A stretch of 64,000 nucleotides of DNA from an uncultured Clostridia bacterium (GTDB lineage: Bacteria; Bacillota; Clostridia; TANB77; CAG-508): positions 115,141-179,140 of the forward strand of contig CAQIBN010000001.1 of NCBI GenBank assembly GCA_948805675.1, given 5' to 3'. The position numbers and the translations under genes were made by a program. Below, piece after piece: positions 58,628 to 64,000 of this stretch. The notes below the pieces were generated by a model. The model was not told the DNA's origin, searched no databases, and saw only the letters and a program-made list of their open reading frames with translations. How positions within the stretch are numbered: the stretch's first letter is position 1; each line of letters starts with the position of its first letter.

Positions 58628-60782
58628 TTATATAAATATATTCCAAATTAAATTTGTACAAATACAAATTAAGATTCCACATATAGTTGGGAGTGCAAAA
58701 GCAATTAAGCTCCATTTAAGCTTTCCAGTTTCTTTTTTTATTGTTATTAATGTTGTACTACATGGAAAATGTAACAAAGTAAAAATCATCACATTAATTG
58801 CTGTAATTAATGTCCATCCATTTTGTAATAATATCTGCCCAATAGCAAAATTATCTTCTAAACCTACTAAAGTACCTGTTTGCATATAACTCATAAGAAT
58901 AATAGGAAGTACAATTTCATTAGCTGGTAGACCTAAAATAAATGCTGTTAAAATATAACCATCTAATCCCATTAATCTAGCAAAAGGGTCAAAGAAATTA
59001 GCAACATATGTTAAAATACTAATATCATTAAACTGAATATTGGCAAATAACCAAATTATAATACCAGCAGGTATGGCAACACTTATTGCTCTACCTAAAA
59101 CAAATAGTGTTCTATCAAAAATAGAATGTATAAAAACTTTGCCCATTTGAGGTTTCCTATAAGGTGGAAGTTCTAACACAAATGAGGATGGATATCCTTT
59201 TAATATTGTTTTAGATAAAATTTTAGATATAAATAGTGTCATTACAATTCCAAATATTACAATAGCTAAAACTGCAAAAGTAGATAAAAGAGAAGCATTA
59301 AAGCCAGACGCTAAACTACTAATAAATATCATTGATACTGTTATTAAAAAAGGAAATCTACCATTACAAGGTACAAAGCTATTGGTTAAAATTGCAATTA
59401 ATTTTTCACGAGGGGAATCTATAATTCTACATCCAATAACACCAGCAGCATTACATCCAAACCCGCATACAAATTGTAAGTGCTTGCTTTCCGAGAAGTA
59501 CATGCTTTTCTAAAGTATTTATCTAGGTTAAAGGCTATACGTGGTAAATATCCTAAATCTTCCATAATAGTAAATAGTGGAAAGAAAATTAACATTGGCG
59601 GTAACATTACACTCACAACCCATGTTAAAGTAGAGTAAACACCATCTATTAAAATACTACTTAACCATGTAGGAAATGAAAGTAAATTTAATAATATAGT
59701 AATTTTATCTTGTAAATATCCAAAAAAGCTAGAGAGTAGCTGAGAAGGATAGTTAGCTCCTGTAATTGTTAGCCAAAATATAGTAGCTAAAAATAATAAC
59801 ATAATTGGCAAACCAAATGTTTTTGAAGTTAGTATTTTATCTATTTTTCTATCTCTTTGATTATATTTACAATTATCATATTTACAAATATCTGTACAAA
59901 TATTTTCTGCTGTGAATAATATAGTTGATACAATTTTGTCTTTAAATTTGTCATTTTCTAAGTTAGAATCATTTAGTAAAGCTCTATAATATAATAATTT
60001 TTTATTTAATTCTTTGTTGTTTTTTAATGTATTATAAAATATATTTTTGTCTATACAATTTATTATTTTTTCATCATTATCTAAAAGTTTTAAAATAATC
60101 CACCTAGATAAATATTTATGCTCTTTTGGAATTATTTTTTCGACTTCAGGTTGTAATTTTGCTATTGAATCTTCTATTATATTCATATATGTTGGGAGAT
60201 GGGGAGTGGTAACTAAAGTTCCTTCACATACTTCCTGAACTTTTTTCATTAAATTATTTAAAGTTTTCTTTTTTCTAGCTATAGTACCAACAACAGGTAC
60301 TCCTAATGTTTTTTCTAATAATTTTAAATCTATATGAATACCCTTTTTTTCAGCTTCATCTAATAAATTAACACATACTACTAATTTATTTGTAATTTCC
60401 ATAGTTTGATAAACTAAATTTAGGTTTCTTTCTAAACATGTTGCATCTACAACAATAATGCTTGCATCAGCATCTCCAAAACAAATATAATCTCTTGCAA
60501 TTTCTTCTTCTTCAGAATTTGACATTAATGAATATGTACCAGGAATATCAACTAATAAGAAATTTTCTTTATTATAATTAGTAATACCAGTAGCGTTAGA
60601 AACTGTTTTTCCGAGGCCAATTACCAGTATGTTGATGCATACCAGTTAAATTATTGAAAATTGTAGATTTACCTACATTCGGATTTCCGTCCAATAGCTA
60701 TTGTATATTTACATTTATTTTTAAGCTCATTTAAATCATCATTTAGTAGCCTTGTTCCAGTAGAGCTACTTGTTAAACCCAT
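58628..60782 (-). CDS. feoB: ferrous iron transporter FeoB; frame interrupted four times at in-frame CGG codons
   Basis: +1 shifts at coding-strand CGG (plus-strand CCG near 60688, 60612, 59491, 59463) restore G1 motif [18 protein letters not shown](T)S-G-K and M-G-FGCN gate motif; RBS GGAAGGTGA. Confidence 0.85.
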
Positions 60783-60904
60783 AAAATCACCTTCCTATAG
60801 TAGTATATGAAAATGAATAATAAATGTGAAAATTGTTTTTTAGGTAAAATGTGTGTAGATTAAATTAAAATTAGTTTGTTAAGAAAAATAATAAATGTTT
60901 AAAT

Positions 60905-61005
60905 AATTGTACACAATTTTTTTCAAAAATTGGCAAACGAAAAATTGAACATGGGCTGTAAGAATATTAATTAAGAAGCAAATATAAATTCAGCCCATTA
61001 TTGTT
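60905..61005 (+). repeat. interspersed ~100-nt element, copy C (in the feoA-feoB intergenic region)
   Basis: Same conserved blocks; internal GGGCTG...CAGCCC stem. Confidence 0.7.
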
Positions 61006-61159
61006 ATATAAGATAAAAGTTTTAGTTTTGAGTAATATTTAATTAATAGAATTTATTGTTTGTTGTATTTTATATAATTATTAAAATGTTTATTATAATG
61101 ATTTTTAGAAAAATAATTTTATAAATCATAAAATAAAACAATAGATTTACAAAAATATT

Positions 61160-61399
61160 TTAATTATTATTTAATACAACCTGTATATTCTTAGCATCTT
61201 CTTTTCTAAGGGCAATAGTGCTCCCACGAACTAGGTAAGCTGTCGAATCTCCAGTCATACTTCTAAAAATAGGAATAATTAAGGTTCCTTTACAAATTCC
61301 TAAATCTAAAAGTCTTCTTCTAATTTGTCCAGAACAATCTAAAGAATGTACTGTGACTTTATTTGTTAAATTTATTTTATCTAGTCTAAAAGTTCTCAT
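61160..61399 (-). CDS. feoA: FeoA
   Basis: SH3-like FeoA sequence; RBS GGAGG. Confidence 0.8.
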   Translation of the reverse strand: MRTFRLDKINLTNKVTVHSLDCSGQIRRRLLDLGICKGTLIIPIFRSMTGDSTAYLVRGSTIALRKEDAKNIQVVLNNN

Positions 61400-61680
61400 A
61401 TGTGCCTCCAAAAATTTATATAAATGTATAATATATATTATGTATACGAAAAGGAAAATGTTAATTTAAATTAGATATGACTTTGGTATAAAAATCACCA
61501 TTTAATATTTATAAATATATTAATTTATGTTATTCTAGTATGTATTTTTTTACTGGTATGTGTTTTTGTAATTAGTTAATAATAAAATAATAAAAAAATT
61601 TAAAATAAATGATGCTTTTTTATTTTTCTTGTAGTATAATGTCAAATGTGTAAAAAAATGTAGAAGGGAATGATTACAAA

Positions 61681-62142
61681 ATGGAAAGAAAAAGAGGATT
61701 TGAGATTGCTAAAGGTTTTGAAAATAAAGGAATTAATATGCCAGTAAGAAAAACAAAATATTCAGCTGGATATGACATAGAATCAGCAGAAGATTGTATA
61801 ATACCTGCATATACACCTGGACAAAAACCAACATTTGTAAAAACAGGATTAAAAGCATATATGAAAGAAAATGAATATATGATGCTTTGTAATAGAAGTT
61901 CTAATCCATTTAAAAAAGGATTAGTAATGGCGAATAGTGTTGGAATTATTGATGCTGATTATTATGGAAATCCTGATAATGATGGAGCTTTTATGTTTGC
62001 TTTTTATAATTTCTTTGATCATGAAGTAGAAATAAAAAAAGGAGATGTTATTGGTCAAGCAATATTCCAAAAATATAAATTAGTAGATGATGATTCAGCA
62101 GAAGGTGAAAGAGTAGGAGGATTTGGCTCAACTAATAAATAA
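61681..62142 (+). CDS. dut: dUTPase-family protein
   Basis: ...RSSNPFKKGLVMANSVGIIDADYYG... trimeric dUTPase motifs. Confidence 0.7.
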   Translation: MERKRGFEIAKGFENKGINMPVRKTKYSAGYDIESAEDCIIPAYTPGQKPTFVKTGLKAYMKENEYMMLCNRSSNPFKKGLVMANSVGIIDADYYGNPDNDGAFMFAFYNFFDHEVEIKKGDVIGQAIFQKYKLVDDDSAEGERVGGFGSTNK

Positions 62143-62331
62143 AGTGACATAAAAAAATTAAAAAAAGTTATCCTAGGTGGCTGAGGGGTTACGGAGGATT
62201 TTAAGCAAAAAATAGATGGTAAAGGCTTTGACTTTTACCATTTTTTGTTGTATAATGAAAAAGTAGTTAAAAAAGAGAAACGAAACCTTTCTTGACTTCA
62301 GAAATTTAGCATATTGAAGGGAGTGACTTAC

Positions 62332-62910
62332 ATGTTTAATGTAGGGGACAAGATTGTACATCCTATGCACGGTGCAGGTACTATCAGTGCAATAGAAGAA
62401 AAGAATATTTGTAATGAAACAGAGCAATATTATATAATATCAATGCCTGGGGAAGTAAAGGTGATGGTTCCAATTGCAAAAGCAGAACAAATTGGAGTAA
62501 GAAGTATTATTAACGAAGCAGATGTTCCTAAAGTATTAGGTATATTAGAAGAAGATGAAACTGAAATGTCTAATAATTGGAATAAAAGATACAGAGATAA
62601 TATGGACAAAATGAGAAGTGGGAATATATATGAGGTAGCAGATGTTGTTAGAAATTTAAGCTTCAAGCAAAAAGAAAAAGGTTTATCAACAGGAGAAAAG
62701 AAAATGCTTAATAATGCTAAACAAATTTTAGTAAGTGAACTTGTTTTAGCAGAACATGCATCAAAAGAAGAAATTGAGAAATTGGTAGATAATAAGATAA
62801 ATGTATCTTTTGAAGAAAATAGAATTCCAGTTGAAGAAAATATAGAGATTAATAAAAATATTGTAAGTAAATTTATTCCTTTTGATGGAACAGGTACATC
62901 TGTTAACTAA
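62332..62910 (+). CDS. CarD/CdnL-family transcription regulator
   Basis: N-terminal GDKIVHPMHGAGTI RNA-polymerase-interacting domain; RBS GAAGGGAG. Confidence 0.75.
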   Translation: MFNVGDKIVHPMHGAGTISAIEEKNICNETEQYYIISMPGEVKVMVPIAKAEQIGVRSIINEADVPKVLGILEEDETEMSNNWNKRYRDNMDKMRSGNIYEVADVVRNLSFKQKEKGLSTGEKKMLNNAKQILVSELVLAEHASKEEIEKLVDNKINVSFEENRIPVEENIEINKNIVSKFIPFDGTGTSVN

Positions 62911-63231
62911 TTTAATAATTTATATTTTTAGTTAATTATAGAGAACTTATATATTTTTTTAAAAGTAAATTTATTAAACATAATAAAGAAGTGGAAATAA
63001 TTCTACTTCTTTTTAGTATAATATAAGTTACTGTATAAATTTTTAAAATTAATTTTGTATAAAGTTTTAGTTAAAATATTATTTTTATAGAAATTACATA
63101 AATGAATTATCAATAATAACTGAACAATTACAACAATTTACATAAAAATGTCAACTTCTGTAACATAATAAGAAGGATTTAAAAATAAAGCGTCGAATAA
63201 TATAATTATAGTGAAAAGAAAGGTGTCATAA

Positions 63232-64000
63232 ATGGTACGTTATAGTGATGAACTAATTGACGAAATAAGAAATAAAAACGATATAGTAGATATTATATCA
63301 CAATATGTAATATTAAAAAGAAGTGGTAGAAACTTTTTTGGGTTATGTCCATTCCATAAAGAAAAATCACCTTCTTTTTCTGTATCACCAGACAAGCAAA
63401 TTTTTCACTGTTTTGGATGTGGTGTAGGAGGAAATGTTTTTCATTTTGTAGAGAAAATAGAAAATTTAAGTTTTATAGAAACAATAGAGATGTTGGCAGA
63501 TAGAGCAGGTATTAATTTGCCTACTATAAATAATAATGTAGATGATAAATTAATAAAGCTTAAATCAAGAGTATATGATATAAATGAAATGGCAGCAAAA
63601 TTCTATCATGAAAATCTATATAAACCTACTTCAAAAGAAGCTCAAAATTACATAAAAAGAAGAAAATTAGATAATAGAACATTAAAAAACTTTTTAATAG
63701 GATATTCAGGAACTTTTAATGAATTATATATTTATTTAAAAGAAAAAGGTTTTTCAGATGAAGAAATATTGGCTTCAAGCTTGGTAAATAGAAATGAAAA
63801 TGGAAAATTTATAGATAGATTTAGAAAAAGACTAATGTTTCCAATACAAGATACAAGAAATAGAGTTATAGCTTTTGGTGGAAGAGTTTTAGATGATAGT
63901 AAACCAAAATACATAAATTCACCAGAGAATGTGGTATATAGTAAAGGAAAGCATTTATTTGGGTTAAATGTCGCAAAAAAAGAACAAATAAAAAAAATAA
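63232..64000 (+). CDS. dnaG: DNA primase (5-prime part; continues past window end)
   Basis: Zinc-binding CPFHKEKSPSFSV...FHCFGCGVGGNV and start of TOPRIM; missing from the ORF track. Confidence 0.85.
   Translation, partial: MVRYSDELIDEIRNKNDIVDIISQYVILKRSGRNFFGLCPFHKEKSPSFSVSPDKQIFHCFGCGVGGNVFHFVEKIENLSFIETIEMLADRAGINLPTINNNVDDKLIKLKSRVYDINEMAAKFYHENLYKPTSKEAQNYIKRRKLDNRTLKNFLIGYSGTFNELYIYLKEKGFSDEEILASSLVNRNENGKFIDRFRKRLMFPIQDTRNRVIAFGGRVLDDSKPKYINSPENVVYSKGKHLFGLNVAKKEQIKKI

Overview
Low-GC (about 26-28%) Firmicutes chromosome segment, Clostridium-like. It carries spo0A, groES-groEL with a CIRCE operator, pyrG, greA, nth, rpmB, scpB and the start of dnaG. The left 17.5 kb is the right-hand part of an integrative conjugative element. 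It encodes a Tcp/Tn916-type conjugation module (VirB4-like ATPase, M23 hydrolase, sortase, VirD4-like coupling protein), a regulatory module with a Spo0A-like response regulator and a sigma-like protein, and a terminal large serine recombinase abutting the C-terminal stump of a disrupted polysaccharide deacetylase gene. The rest is chromosomal: GH18 hydrolase, deoD, an OmpR/histidine-kinase pair, a MNT/HEPN toxin-antitoxin pair, a sortase plus LPXTG CnaB-repeat adhesin locus, CorC, a WG-repeat protein, YnbB, BaiN-like flavoprotein, yigZ, spo0A, a decayed tyrosine integrase, tetR-yhgE, a CD225/DUF2752 cluster, recQ, feoAB, dut and a CarD-like gene. The most striking feature is systematic: all 15 in-frame CGG codons I could find in native genes (9 genes, both strands) sit exactly where the reading frame must move +1 to restore a conserved protein. 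No frame break occurs anywhere without a CGG. CGG therefore behaves as a +1 recoding site (or a CGGN quadruplet read as Gly), not as a sequencing error or random pseudogenization. Other observations: a roughly 100-nt element repeated three times in the same orientation, a 23-nt promoter motif repeated three times in the ICE, and a GC-richer foreign islet with a cupin-like ORF between pyrG and groES. Coordinates near 59400-59500 may be off by 1.
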